From Blepharisma stoltei ATCC 30299 (lineage: Eukaryota > Protista > Ciliophora): a DNA stretch of 64,000 bases. The notes beneath the pieces were generated by a model that saw only the letters and a program-made list of their open reading frames with translations, was not told the DNA's origin and made no database searches. Both the position numbers and the translations under genes were made by a program. The stretch is from the NCBI GenBank assembly GCA_965603825.1, contig CBFDEM010000058.1, positions 744,001 to 808,000 on the forward strand, given 5' to 3'. The first letter of the stretch is position 1; every line of letters begins with the position of its first letter. This document shows, in pieces, positions 25,185 through 36,523 of this stretch.

Positions 25185-25895
25185 AAAGTTACTTTAATTT
25201 CAAAATTTTGAATTATTAGTTATCTACTTAAATCTCACGCGAAACAAGCTGCCTCGTCAAGCTTCCCCAATTTCCTCCGCAGGCTGTATAGCTGCTTGTG
25301 CAGTTATCTAGCTATATCTACTCGCTCGCTACACTATTGATATTCTTTACTATTCTATCAATAATTTTTCTTAGCCCTTCGACAGAAATCTCTACATAAA
25401 GTTAAAAAAATAGTCATTTTTGTATGTTATTTAAATATAACTTCTGTAAATTTGTTTTTTAGCTAACGAATTTCCTCTCGCATAGTCCATAATGTCCATA
25501 TAAACTACCTGTGATAATTCAGTTAAAACTCCAGAGTCATAATAGCAAGAAGAATTTTGGCTTTGATTTCGTTTTAGGTTCATTTACCATCTCAAGATTG
25601 GAATGGCTTGACGTTGGATTGAGACATTTGAATAAGGCTCTCCGTCTTCAGTAAACATAAGGACTTTTCCAGAGGATTGCTCCGATTGTAAGGATAGGCT
25701 GGGTGCATAGAATGCGACTAAGTGAATATGTTAGGAACTCATCTTGATGATTTGTGCGGAATCGAAGAAAAGAGACATTTATAATTTAAACGTAGAAGTT
25801 TCTACTAGTTCAAATAGGAATTAGAAGAGACCATTTTGCAAGTATTCATTTAAAGGTTTTTATCTTATGATAAGGTAAAATTTGTGTATTTAATA
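25185..25895 (-). pseudogene. Chimeric pseudogene: IFT140 upstream region and first ~60 codons fused to the 3' part and 3' flank of the secreted-protein gene at 41985-42635
   Basis: 25598-25895 aligns by eye with 23906-24204 (direct). The reverse complement of 25185-25597 aligns with about 42224-42680. Both parts carry indels and stops. Confidence 0.9.
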
Positions 25896-26146
25896 AAAAA
25901 TTAAGTGTTTATGGAAATAGGTTAAAGCTAAAACGATGAAAAGTTGTTTATAAATTTTGAATCGCCTTAATATCAAAATATGCATCATTTCTAAACATTT
26001 CTTCATATGACTCAAGGCACTGAGACTGATTATTTTGATCTTCATAATCATACTTAAGACAAATTTCCTTCAATCTCCTATATACTAAACCTTTTACAAA
26101 TATTCAAGGAAATCCCAAAAATTCATATTTATAACAGAAATTATGC

Positions 26147-26995
26147 TTAAAATATGCTTGATTTTTGTAAGTGAATTCCCATTCCCTTATAAATTTTTTG
26201 CGAGTTAAATAAAGAAGTGTACTCAGGTAATGCCTTGAGCTTAAGATTGGTATATGAAGCAGAAGATGCTGATTTAGGTGTATAAAATTGATGATTATGA
26301 TAAGAAATAGAGCGAGGATGGAAGCTTTCTTTGGTTTCTCCTGTCAGAGGATTTATCGCTTTTTGGTGGCATTTATCATTTCGAGTACTTAAATATGAAT
26401 ATCTTGGAGGAGAAAATTCATTAATTTTCCCAGTTATAGATATTGGTTTTTTATTCCCTAAAGAAAAAATCCTAGCTCTATCAATTTTGTATTCTTTTAT
26501 AATCCCAGTTATTGGATCGTGAACTTTATCTCTGATCAAAGTTTTAGAAATAATTAAGCTTCTTTCTGGCTTAATTTGAAAAGAATCATAAAATCTCTTT
26601 TTCTTATCTTTTGCGTTATCGATTATTTTGCTAATTTTATTCCTCATTGTTTTCTTTTTGTCCTTTTGTAAACTCCCATCTCATGATGCAGCTAAGTTTG
26701 TTTGGCTTTTGTATTCTCTATAAGGGCTTCAATGAGAAGCTTGGCTTTTTGATCTTTTTTTGACTATTCTATGCTTAACTGCTTCTCAAATATTTTCTTT
26801 TGGGCTAAATCTATTTTTTAGTAAGGGATTTTTTTGAGATAATCTTCTGTGACCCTTCTTTTCAAGGCTATCGATAGATTTATTAAGAATTACCTCTAAG
26901 TTTCTCAGCTCTGACTGAGCTCTTCTTTTAAAATTTCATGGCTTTGTAGGAGACTTTGCCTTCTTTGTTGGAGAATAATATACTTTGTTATTCAT
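26147..26995 (-). CDS. Hypothetical basic protein with two [D/N]P[I/L]TG motifs (282 aa)
   Basis: Four TGA=Trp codons extend ORF 26147-26647 to ATG 26995. Confidence 0.65.
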
Positions 26996-27819
26996 TAATT
27001 CTATTTAATAATTTAAGATAAGATTTTTCATGAGACTTATAAATTCGTGAAAAAGTAAATGGTGCTTAAAGGATATTCTTGCAAAGAGCATAATTTATTT
27101 TATTTAAATTAATAAGCATAAATCTTTTAATTTTGTATGCGTTTCATTAACAAATCTCAGTCTAATTCTCTTTACTTGCCATTTTACCTATTTTTCCGAA
27201 TTTATAATTTGCCAAAATAATTTATTTGTATTTTTTCGATTATGCTATCACAAAATTTTTTAATTTTGGATTATTTCTTATTTGCTCGAATCTATCAGAA
27301 AAGTATCATAAAGATATATAAAAGTAAATCTATCATTTTTCTGATCGTAATTTCAAAAAACAAAATAAGAAAAATGGGCTCCAAAGTGTCTTATTTTTCA
27401 ACTATTATATTTCAAAACTAATGCGTTTTAATATCATAAAATTAACTGCCAAAAATTTATTTATATATAGTTTTCGTTTTTTATTTACAACAATTGAACT
27501 ACAATAAATCAGAAATCCATCATTCATTTTTCAGCCAACATCCCGCTATTTTTATATTTCGAAACTTTATATTTTTATAATTCCTACAATTTTACCCATC
27601 TTCCTGCGTTTTTACATGCATTTACATCCTTTATAACCTCCTTCTTATTACTTCCCACCATTAACTTGCATCCCGAATTTCGCTCTTTTCCTCAAAGCAC
27701 CCTCCCTTCTTCTCAAAATAAGCCTAATTTTGATTCCCTTTCTCTTTATTTTCTTCCCCATCCTCCATTATTTTCTTCATATCTAAACATTTTTTGAATC
27801 AGCTCATACGCCATATATT

Positions 27820-29322
27820 ATGAAAGAAATCGCTATAAGAACGCTTGAGTCTGTCAAGCACCTTTGTCCCTTCCTTTCTAGACATCAAACAATAACCCCA
27901 GCTCTGGTCACAGAAAACACTGAAAAGTGTCCTTTTATGAAATCTATGAACTTCGTTCAAAAGGGTGAAAAACCATCTATTGAAGACATTGCTGACAAGC
28001 TCATGGACCCTTTAAACTTCATTGACCTTGAAAGCATGAAGCCAAAACAAACCATAGGACTCGAAAGACATTTCCAAGAAGCCATTCAGAGGCTCAAAGA
28101 CGAAGGCCGATACAGGGTCTTTACCAAAGTCCTAAGAAATGCTGGGGATTTTCCTATGGCTACTGAATACATGACTGGTCAGGAAAAACAAATCACTATG
28201 TGGTGCTCAAATGACTATTTAGGCATGGGACAACATCCAAAGGTTATTAGAGCTATGACACAAGCTTTAAAACTTTATGGAGCGGGCTCTGGTGGGACTC
28301 GAAATATTGGAGGAAACACAAACCTGCATGTGAAACTGGAAAAAGAACTTGCAGACCTCCATGATAAAGAAGCTGCTTTAGTATGCACGTCAGGCTATGT
28401 GGCTAATGAAGCAGGTTTAAGTACTTTGCCATCATTATTTCCCCAAGGAGCGATCTTTTTTTCAGATGAGGAAAATCATGCGTCTATGATTTATGGCATG
28501 AGGTATTCGAAATTGAACAAAAAAGATATCAGGGTTTTTAGGCATAATGATATTAAGCAGCTAGAAGGGATGCTGGAAGCGTCGAATAATAATATTGATG
28601 AAAAAGATAAGGTGAAAATTATAGTTTTTGAAAGCGTCTATTCTATGAGTGGAAGTATTTCTCCTGTTGAACAAATAAAAGAAATCGCAGGGAAATACGG
28701 TGCTCTTACTTATATAGACGAAGTCCACGCAGTAGGGCTGTATGGAAATAGAGGAGGTGGGGTTACTCAAGAGAGAGGAGTTGATATTGACATTATTTCA
28801 GGGACTCTAGGCAAAGGATTTGGTACCCATGGTGGGTATTTAGCTTCTTCTTCATTGATTATTGACTGTATTAGAAGTTATGCGCCTTCGTTTATTTTTA
28901 CCACTTCTTTACCACCAGTTACATGTGCAGGAAGCATTGCGTCAATCCAGCATGTAAAAGAATCAAATACAGAAAGAAAATTACTTCATGAGCACTCAAA
29001 ATATATGAAAAGAAGGCTACAGGAAGAAAATCTTCCAGTTTTACCATCAGAAAGTCATATTGTACCTTTATTTATTGGAAACCCAAATGTCTGCAAAGAA
29101 GTAAGTGATCTTTTTTTCAATGAGTACCAAATTTATGTCCAGCCTATTAACTATCCAACTGTGCCAAGAGGACAAGAGCTTTTAAGGCTTTCGCCAGGCC
29201 CATTGCATACCCCTGATAAAATTGAGGATTTTATAGTGGCTGCCAAGAATATCTGGACCAGATTCTCCTTAGTAAACTATCAGCAGCTCCAAGATAGGCT
29301 CAAAGCTAAGCTTCATCAATAA
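27820..29322 (+). CDS. ALAS: 5-aminolevulinate synthase, mitochondrial
   Basis: [50 protein letters not shown]-lysine [20 protein letters not shown]-terminal CP motifs. Confidence 0.97.
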   Translation: MKEIAIRTLESVKHLCPFLSRHQTITPALVTENTEKCPFMKSMNFVQKGEKPSIEDIADKLMDPLNFIDLESMKPKQTIGLERHFQEAIQRLKDEGRYRVFTKVLRNAGDFPMATEYMTGQEKQITMWCSNDYLGMGQHPKVIRAMTQALKLYGAGSGGTRNIGGNTNLHVKLEKELADLHDKEAALVCTSGYVANEAGLSTLPSLFPQGAIFFSDEENHASMIYGMRYSKLNKKDIRVFRHNDIKQLEGMLEASNNNIDEKDKVKIIVFESVYSMSGSISPVEQIKEIAGKYGALTYIDEVHAVGLYGNRGGGVTQERGVDIDIISGTLGKGFGTHGGYLASSSLIIDCIRSYAPSFIFTTSLPPVTCAGSIASIQHVKESNTERKLLHEHSKYMKRRLQEENLPVLPSESHIVPLFIGNPNVCKEVSDLFFNEYQIYVQPINYPTVPRGQELLRLSPGPLHTPDKIEDFIVAAKNIWTRFSLVNYQQLQDRLKAKLHQ

Positions 29323-29369
29323 GATAAGAAAATTGGTCATATGACCACCTTAAAATCGTAAATTTTAAA

Positions 29370-30347
29370 ATGTCTTTAGAAGAAAAAATACGTGAAGTTC
29401 TAGCAAATTATTCATGCACATACTGCGGTCATTCATTAACTAGTAGCCAAAATAGAAGATCCTTAAGCCTGCAAGCCACGCCAACCGGAAAAGCTGAGCA
29501 AGGCGTACAAGTCGAGACCCCAATAATTAGGGGAAAATTAAAAAAAGAAACCTTGCTACAGAAAAAGGGAAAAGATTCTGTAAAAATTGAGCACCCACAA
29601 GGAGATTTAGACAACAAAACTGCAAGGTCTGCGACGGAATCTGCAATTGAGCCTAAAGTTCAATCAACAGCTTCACAGTCTTCGATTTCAGGAATCGTGA
29701 TCCCGATAAGTGTAGGAAATACAGTAATTTCGCATGGAAATACCCCAAGGAACTATAAGAATGCTTTAAAAAACAGCAAATGACTGATAAGTGCTAATAG
29801 CTCAGCTAATACATCAGAAAAAGTATTCATCGAAAAAGATGCTGCAAAGGATTCAAAAATGCCAGGAAAAAAGACATTAAGCTCTAAATCAAAATCTACA
29901 AATTACATAAAAACACCTATAAAACAGAGCTTGTGAAATTCTAAAAAAATTGTGATTTCCAAGTCAAATGCATCATCTCCAAGAGCGTCAAAAGAAGTTT
30001 TTAAAAATGAGAGGTCGCCCAAGTTTATCGATCTGAAAATTCAAGATTTATTTTCTGAAATTGATAAAACTGATGAAGAAAACAACTGAATCGACATTAT
30101 AGAAAACTCCAAGCCAAAAACATCGAAATCTCAAAAAATCGATATAAAGGCTGGGAATAGGGTCAAAAAAGAATTTTCTTATAAAACTAAACGAGAGCCG
30201 ATAGTAATAAAAGCACAAATATTAAAAGGGTCAAACCCCAGCTTTATCGTTACTTCACCTATTAACAATAGAGTGCCTCTAAAATCCAAGCCACAGAAGT
30301 TAGATTTGAGCAAGCCAACTTTAAATGATCTATTAGACCTTGTGTAA
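29370..30347 (+). CDS. Hypothetical S/K-rich protein (325 aa)
   Basis: ORF continues through three TGA codons to TAA 30345-30347. Confidence 0.65.
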
Positions 30348-30379
30348 TTTTCGAGTATTAAATTAATTATTATTCTTAT

Positions 30380-31900
30380 TTAAATGCCCTCTTCCTCCTC
30401 TTTATCTTTATCTTCTTCCTCTTCCTCTTCTTCTTCTTCCTCCTCTTTTTCTTCCACAACTTTTTCTTGCTTAGGAGGCTTTGCTTTCTTTACTTCAGCT
30501 TTTAACTGGTGTGTCACTATTTTAACTTCATCAAAGAACTCGTCTTCATCTGATTCTTCTTCTTCAGGTTCTTCATGTGCAGAATCTGACTCCAGTTCGG
30601 GCATTTCGTTGTTTTCTTCACTTTCAGAGTCTTCAAATTCGTCTTCTGAGTCTCTCTTCTTTTTCTTTGGCCTACCTCTAGTTCCAGGCACTTTCGGCTC
30701 TTTAGGTGGGGCGTCAGGATTTTTTGGTTTTCTGCCTCTTTTCTTTTTTTCTTTCTTTTCTTCTTCTCCAGCGATTTCTTCTGATTTTTCTGGTTTTTCT
30801 GGCTTGTCTGCGGCTTCTTTGACTTCTCCAGCTGCTTTAGGTTTTCTACCTCTTTTCTTTTTTTCTTCTTTGTGTTCTCCGTCTTCTTTTTTCTCTTCTT
30901 TAGTAACCTCAACAGATGTGGTTTCTTTGATTTCCGTTGTGACCACTTCTGTTCCGTCTGCTTTGACTTCTAAGGCTGCTTTAGCTTCTAAGGCTGCTTT
31001 GGCTTCTAAAGCTGCTTTTTCTTTTTTCGCCTTGGCTGCAGCTAGAGCTGGGTTTACTGGAGGCCCTGCAGACATATAGACTTCGACACTTTTTTCGAAC
31101 TGGACCCATAGCTTATTGAATTCTTCAGTATATATTTTGCATAAATCTGGATCATCAATAACAGTCAGATTTTCTTGATTTTTGTTGACAGCTTGCTTAG
31201 TCCAGTTAAAACTCCCAGTTAATAGCAAATAGTCATCAATTACCACGAATTTATTGTGCATGTGGGCGTGCGGATCTAAGTCGACTCTGACTGGGATTCC
31301 TTCATTATGGAAGTTCCAAATATCTGAGCCAAGCATTTTCATACATTCATCATCTGATATCACCCTCACATCTACTCCTCTTTTAACTGCATTTCGAATG
31401 GCGTCAGACAAACAATTGTTGGTTATTGTAAAAACACAAACAAGCATTGTCTTTTTGGCTCTATTCATATACACTACAAGCTTTCTTTCTGATTCGTCGC
31501 TTGGGAAGAAAAATGCGTCCTTAATGCGCTTGGATGGGGCAAGAGTCTCAGCAGTGATGGCCTGGATTGCTTGTTTTCCCCATTGGAGAGCCCCGGGATT
31601 TGACTCGAGGAGCTCAAAAACAAGTGAAATTAAGCTATTTATTTGAGGTCTTGGAATTTCGGAAGAGGCAAGGAGCGTGCGAAGTTCTGCAATGGAATCG
31701 GATTCACCAAGATGCTTTCTGAGAAAGTTTTCAACTTCATCATCGCTGTGAACTCCTTTTAAGGCATCCATCTTCACTTGCTGTCCTTCTACTTGCTGGT
31801 TGAACGTAAGTTTGACTGGCTTTTCTTTTGGCACTTTCTTTTTTGGCTCACCTTCAGCGGCATTTGGATCTGCTTTGCCGCGACCTCTACCTCTTTTCAT
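30380..31900 (-). CDS. PLD6/Zucchini/Nuc-like single-HKD phosphodiesterase with C-terminal AT-hook-like motifs and acidic tracts
   Basis: FFPS...AKKTMLVCVFTIT...RGVDVRVISD...MHNKFVVIDD..LLTGSFNWT.QA...NQEN. Tail has KKKRGRKPK twice, TRGRPKK and poly-E/D. Confidence 0.9.
   Translation of the reverse strand: MKRGRGRGKADPNAAEGEPKKKVPKEKPVKLTFNQQVEGQQVKMDALKGVHSDDEVENFLRKHLGESDSIAELRTLLASSEIPRPQINSLISLVFELLESNPGALQWGKQAIQAITAETLAPSKRIKDAFFFPSDESERKLVVYMNRAKKTMLVCVFTITNNCLSDAIRNAVKRGVDVRVISDDECMKMLGSDIWNFHNEGIPVRVDLDPHAHMHNKFVVIDDYLLLTGSFNWTKQAVNKNQENLTVIDDPDLCKIYTEEFNKLWVQFEKSVEVYMSAGPPVNPALAAAKAKKEKAALEAKAALEAKAALEVKADGTEVVTTEIKETTSVEVTKEEKKEDGEHKEEKKKRGRKPKAAGEVKEAADKPEKPEKSEEIAGEEEKKEKKKRGRKPKNPDAPPKEPKVPGTRGRPKKKKRDSEDEFEDSESEENNEMPELESDSAHEEPEEEESDEDEFFDEVKIVTHQLKAEVKKAKPPKQEKVVEEKEEEEEEEEEEEDKDKEEEEGI
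30965..31018 (-). repeat. 18-bp coding tandem repeat (KAALEA/V x3)
   Basis: Three near-identical units of gcttctaaggctgcttt on the + strand. Confidence 0.8.
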
Positions 31901-32375
31901 TTTTTATGGGCTCACATAAACTGTTGATTTTAACCATCACTATTCTGGTTGGTTTTAAGGGCTATTGACAATAACAAGCCTTCAAAGCCTTAAGTGGGGG
32001 TTATTGGGAAAGTGACGAAGATCGTATTAAAACTAGAGGTAATTTAGAAGAAAGATACGAGATTAATCAATAAAGACGAATGCGCATCGTGCCTGGGATC
32101 AAAAATAAGCTGAAAGGTTTTATCATGAATTGACATCTTAATGTATTATATCTGGATTGTCAATTATTGTTTCTGAATGCATTAAATATATCTTCAGAAT
32201 TTTAATAATTTGCTGTGGTGCTTATTTAACCCCTAAACCCTCATAATCCTACCTCTAGCAAGTCTGAATGAAAATTGGTTTACTTAATTAAGGCCAAAAC
32301 AATTGAAAAAATTATTAAATAATTATAAAAATTATTAAAACCTTGGTCTGATGCTTTTTTAGCAGTTTATCATTA

Positions 32376-32729
32376 TTATCTGATCCATCAAGCTCGACAA
32401 AAACCATTAAGAGAGCTTTGGTCTAACTTAGGCTTTTTGGTAGGCTTATTCGGGATTTCTGACTTTCTTTTCTGTGGCATTTTGCTTGGTAAACTTTCCA
32501 TAGACTTCCTAAGTTTAGTTTGCTTAAGCCCGTCCTTTCTAAACTCCTTTAGTTTCTCGTTGACTTCATTGATTTCTTTTAATGTTTTTTGAAGCAGCTC
32601 AAAGCTGGCGTCTGCGTATGGAGCTTCACATTTCGGTTTAGAAATGGCTGTTTGGCTTAATTTTGTGGGGTGTCTTATAATAGTTTTCCTGTCGCCGTTT
32701 AGTGTGCCATATACAGGGAAATTTAGCAT
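32376..32729 (-). CDS. Small hypothetical protein (117 aa)
   Basis: ORF reads through TGA 32388 to TAA 32376, ending ...GFCRAWWIR. Confidence 0.6.
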
Positions 32730-33081
32730 CTAATTATTATGATTTATATTTATCTAGTAAGTTTTAGACTAAAGAGATGCTTAATTTAGAGGTTTAGAGA
32801 GTAATTCTTGAAAATCGATGATAAAACTGAAATAATTTCTAAAAATAAGCTGTAAAAATTAAAAAATCTGCAATGATAAGCAAATAAAGCGGGAAAATCT
32901 TGAAACTTTGGGATGGCTCATTTTGGAATAAACAAATTATTCCTATATGATTATAAGCCCCTAAATGGTGTATTTATATAAATAAACAATCTGCCCTCAT
33001 AAAAATGATTTCAACAATTATCTCTCCAATTAAAATATTTTTATCAAAATTTTCTCCTAATAAGCATTATACATTTACTAA

Positions 33082-34005
33082 TTATTCAGAATCAGTGCAA
33101 ACCACAGGCAGCATCTGCAACAGATCATCCACTAATTCCATTACTTCTAATGACCTACGATTAATATCAATATTACTCAACATATCTACCAAATTTGAAT
33201 CCAAAATTTTCTTTAAATTCTGATCAATAACCATATCTTCTCCATCCTACATATCTCTTACCAGGACTAAATCTATAATATGTTCTAAAAGGATACACAA
33301 AATTTCATCAGAATCCCCATCTCTTTTCAGTAGCTGTATTAACTCTTTTTCGCCATTGTATTTTATAAATAAATTTTGGGCAATTTCACGGCTTCGGTAT
33401 AGCCTCGCACATATTGCTGCTGATAATAATCGGATTTGTCGAATGCTGTGTGATATCAAAGGAACTAGAATAGGAAAAATGTCCCTTTTTATGAGGTCAG
33501 TATATACTGTATCATTTTCTATTTCTAAGGAATGATATAAAAGTAATAAAGAATAGTCGCGCAAATCTTCACTATTCGAACTAATAAATTCTACAATAAA
33601 TTTTAATATTTCCGGCAAAATTTGTTGAATTGCAGAGGCAGATTCGCATGCAGCTTCTGCTAGATATGCCAAAGCTAAGCAGCCAATACTTTCTGGCTTA
33701 TGGGCCCAACCGTTAATTTTGCTATTTCTGATATCACAGGCAGAACTGATTTTTCCTAAAAATTTGGCAATTTCACTCCAGTTCTTTTCTTCCCTGAAAT
33801 TTATGAGTTCTATTATTAACGGTTCGTCTTTTATATAAGAGAGGTCAAGGTTTGTGTTATTGTCTTCTTCAGTGGTGACAGCATGAACGTAAAACTCTTG
33901 CAAAAGCACAGGATTTGTATTTGCAGTTCGTCTGGGTAGTCTAAATCTCATCATAGTTGTAGCCTTTTCTGAATTAAGATAAGATCTGCTTTCACAGCAT
34001 CCCAT
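33082..34005 (-). CDS. ARM/HEAT-like protein with N-terminal dual acylation motif (MGCC); 2 exons
   Basis: Intron 33247-33261 removes TAG and adds a 54-codon last exon. Helical repeats are Leu/Ile-rich. Confidence 0.75.
33247..33261 (-). other. 15-nt intron GTAAGAGATATGTAG
   Basis: GT-AG, A at position 10, in-frame stop removed. Confidence 0.85.
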
Positions 34006-34314
34006 TTTTATTATGAAACTCAGAATTAATTATAAAATAGATATCGAGTGAAATAGAAAAATCAGATATATTAGAAAGGCAAAAAAGAAGAAAAATATGA
34101 TAATTAATTCCATAGAAATTCAGAGATGATATATCATTTTTTAAAAAAAGTAAATTTTTTTAAAAAATAACTGCAACATGTATGCATTATTAAGCGGATT
34201 TTTAAACCTAAAATAAGTAGCCACGACAGTTTAAATTTCTTTGTTTTATTATTTATCTACCCTCTTCTCTTAGACATGCTATATTTATTTATCCAATTTT
34301 CTATATTTAAATTA

Positions 34315-35691
34315 ATGTCTGAAGGATATAAAAGCCCTTTAAATAATCGTCGAGTCAAAGCCTTCATCACTCAGCCTGACCAAAGCGTCCACACAGATAC
34401 TGCTGACGCCACCGCAAAGGCAGCAGAAAACACAGAAATTTCAGTCCAACTGACCATGATCCGCAAGAAGCATGACCAAGTCAAGCAACAAAATATGCAG
34501 AAAAAAGTCTATCTAGACAAGCTTAAAAAAGAACTAGAGCAGCTTAATCTAGTAGCTACCGCTACAATGGAAGACCAAAAAGCTGTAAATTTAAAAATCG
34601 AGGAGCTAGAAAATGATTTAAAATTAGCCCAAGTCAGAGTTGATGAAGAACTGCAAAGCAAAAGAATGTATGAACATATGCTGGACAGGATGAAGCAGGA
34701 ACAAACCAATCTTGACTTGAAATCTTATAATTTGCAAGATAACTTAAAATCAGCAAGAATGCTGCTGGAGACTGAAAAAGATAGGGCGAGGAAAATTAAT
34801 GAGAAAAAAGTATCGTCAAGAATGATGGTCAAGGAATTAAGGGAGAACCTTGAAGTAGAAAAAAAGAAAAAGGATGAAAGAATCCAACAGCTGGAACTTG
34901 GAATCAGGCTTAAAAAAGAAGCTGCAGAACGACAAGAAAATCGCATTAAAAGACAGCTCGAAATTGCAGAAATCGCAGCAAATGAAGACAGACACTCACA
35001 AGAAATAAAAATCAAAGAGCAGCTGATCCTCCACAAGTTTTGGCTTCAATATCTCAAATGGAAGCAAGAAAACAAAAAACAAACCGCGATTGACGTCGAA
35101 GAAGCTTTTCAAAAAATCCGCTCAGCGACAGGATTGACAAATTTAAATGATATTGTTGAAAAATTTTTAACAAGAGAAGAAACTTATAACCAGCTATTAT
35201 CTTCTGTAAGCGACGCTGAAAAAACTTTAGCTGATTTAAAAGCTAAGCATGAAATAGCAAGAGAAGAATTAAAAGGGCTTTTACTAATTGAAGGCGAAGA
35301 AACTGAAAAAACTTTTAACAGAGAATACCAAACTTTAGAAGAAGAAATCGACACAGAATACAAAGAGCTAAACCGAGTAAAAGAACAAGTCGCCAAAGCT
35401 TCAAGTGTCCATGAACAAGCTTTAGGCTGGGGTAAAAAAATGTTACAAGTGCTGGGTATTGAAGAAAGCAAAACCAATATAAGAGACGTTTTCGACGAAA
35501 TAAAACATCATGTAGATAATATGATAGAAACTGTAAGTGACAGAAATGAAGAATTTAAGCAGAAAATCAAACAGTTTGAAAATGCTTCAACTAGTGACCT
35601 AATAAAACAGCTTTATACCCCAGAATTCATTACTTGGAATGGACACGTTAAGACTGAAAGAAAAGTAAGTGAAGATGAATCTGATAAATAA
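34315..35691 (+). CDS. Coiled-coil protein resembling outer dynein arm docking complex subunits (ODAD1/ODAD3 families)
   Basis: Long coiled coil with EEAFQKIRSATGLTNLNDIVEKFLTREE motif. ATG 34315 preferred over 34276. Confidence 0.65.
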   Translation: MSEGYKSPLNNRRVKAFITQPDQSVHTDTADATAKAAENTEISVQLTMIRKKHDQVKQQNMQKKVYLDKLKKELEQLNLVATATMEDQKAVNLKIEELENDLKLAQVRVDEELQSKRMYEHMLDRMKQEQTNLDLKSYNLQDNLKSARMLLETEKDRARKINEKKVSSRMMVKELRENLEVEKKKKDERIQQLELGIRLKKEAAERQENRIKRQLEIAEIAANEDRHSQEIKIKEQLILHKFWLQYLKWKQENKKQTAIDVEEAFQKIRSATGLTNLNDIVEKFLTREETYNQLLSSVSDAEKTLADLKAKHEIAREELKGLLLIEGEETEKTFNREYQTLEEEIDTEYKELNRVKEQVAKASSVHEQALGWGKKMLQVLGIEESKTNIRDVFDEIKHHVDNMIETVSDRNEEFKQKIKQFENASTSDLIKQLYTPEFITWNGHVKTERKVSEDESDK

Positions 35692-36519
35692 TTATAATTT
35701 AGCTGACCATTGTTTAAGTGCTGAAGGATAGCCTAGTGTAAAGTTGGGGGCAGTTAAGATGAGCCCACCATCGACGATTAAAATGTGGCCTGTGATATAC
35801 TGGGAGGCTATTAAGTATAAAACCCCTTCTGCGATTTCTGTTTTTGTCCCAAAACGTTGCAAAGGAAGATATTTTTCATATAGCGTGTCTTGCTTATTTT
35901 CATCTGAGCCAAGTCTTGAAAGGCCTTCTGTATCTTTAATAGGGCCTGGAGCAATAGCGTTTACTCTTATACCATAAGGTCCTAGTTCCATTGCTAAGCT
36001 TCTTGTTAATGAGTCTATAGCAGCTTTTGCAGCTGAAGCATGAAGTGTCATATATACACATGGCATTTGTAAAGTTGACGAAATGTTAATAATTGACCCC
36101 CCATGGCTCTTCATATACTTCTCAAAGACAACTTTTGACATAGAAAAAGTCCCTATCGTATCAATTTCCATCACAGTCCTAAACCCCTTTGTCGACAATT
36201 TGCTAAAAGGAGCCAAAAAATTCCCAGCTGCATTATTCACCAAAATATCAATTTTCCCTAGTTTCCCCAACACAAAGTCCACAGCCGCATTAATTTGTCC
36301 CAAATCCCTTACGTCACACTGAAAAATCTCACAAATTTTCCCACCTTTCTCAAGCTCAGCTTTTGCGTTTCTCAATCTTTCTAAATTTCTGCCCAAAATC
36401 GCGATACTAGCCCCATGCTGTATTAAATATTTCGCTATTCCTAAGCCAATCCCAGAGCCGCCACCTGTGATAAGGGCAACTTTTCCTTCCAATAAATTTT
36501 CTCTATAAATTGACGTCAT
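35692..36519 (-). CDS. DECR2: Peroxisomal 2,4-dienoyl-CoA reductase (SDR)
   Basis: ITGGGSGIG, LVNNAAGNF, HASAAKAAID, IRVNAIAPGPI and C-terminal PTS1 -AKL. Confidence 0.9.
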   Translation of the reverse strand: MTSIYRENLLEGKVALITGGGSGIGLGIAKYLIQHGASIAILGRNLERLRNAKAELEKGGKICEIFQCDVRDLGQINAAVDFVLGKLGKIDILVNNAAGNFLAPFSKLSTKGFRTVMEIDTIGTFSMSKVVFEKYMKSHGGSIINISSTLQMPCVYMTLHASAAKAAIDSLTRSLAMELGPYGIRVNAIAPGPIKDTEGLSRLGSDENKQDTLYEKYLPLQRFGTKTEIAEGVLYLIASQYITGHILIVDGGLILTAPNFTLGYPSALKQWSAKL

Positions 36520-36523
36520 TATA

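Noticed and set aside
30384-31079. Long antisense ORFs (also 9370-9747, 51490-52494, 56411-56848)
   Set aside because: These are S/F/L-rich shadows of low-complexity K/E-rich genes on the opposite strand.
32228-32242. Telomere-like CCCCTAAACCCT
   Set aside because: Fewer than two units and no tandem array, so chance occurrence is likely.
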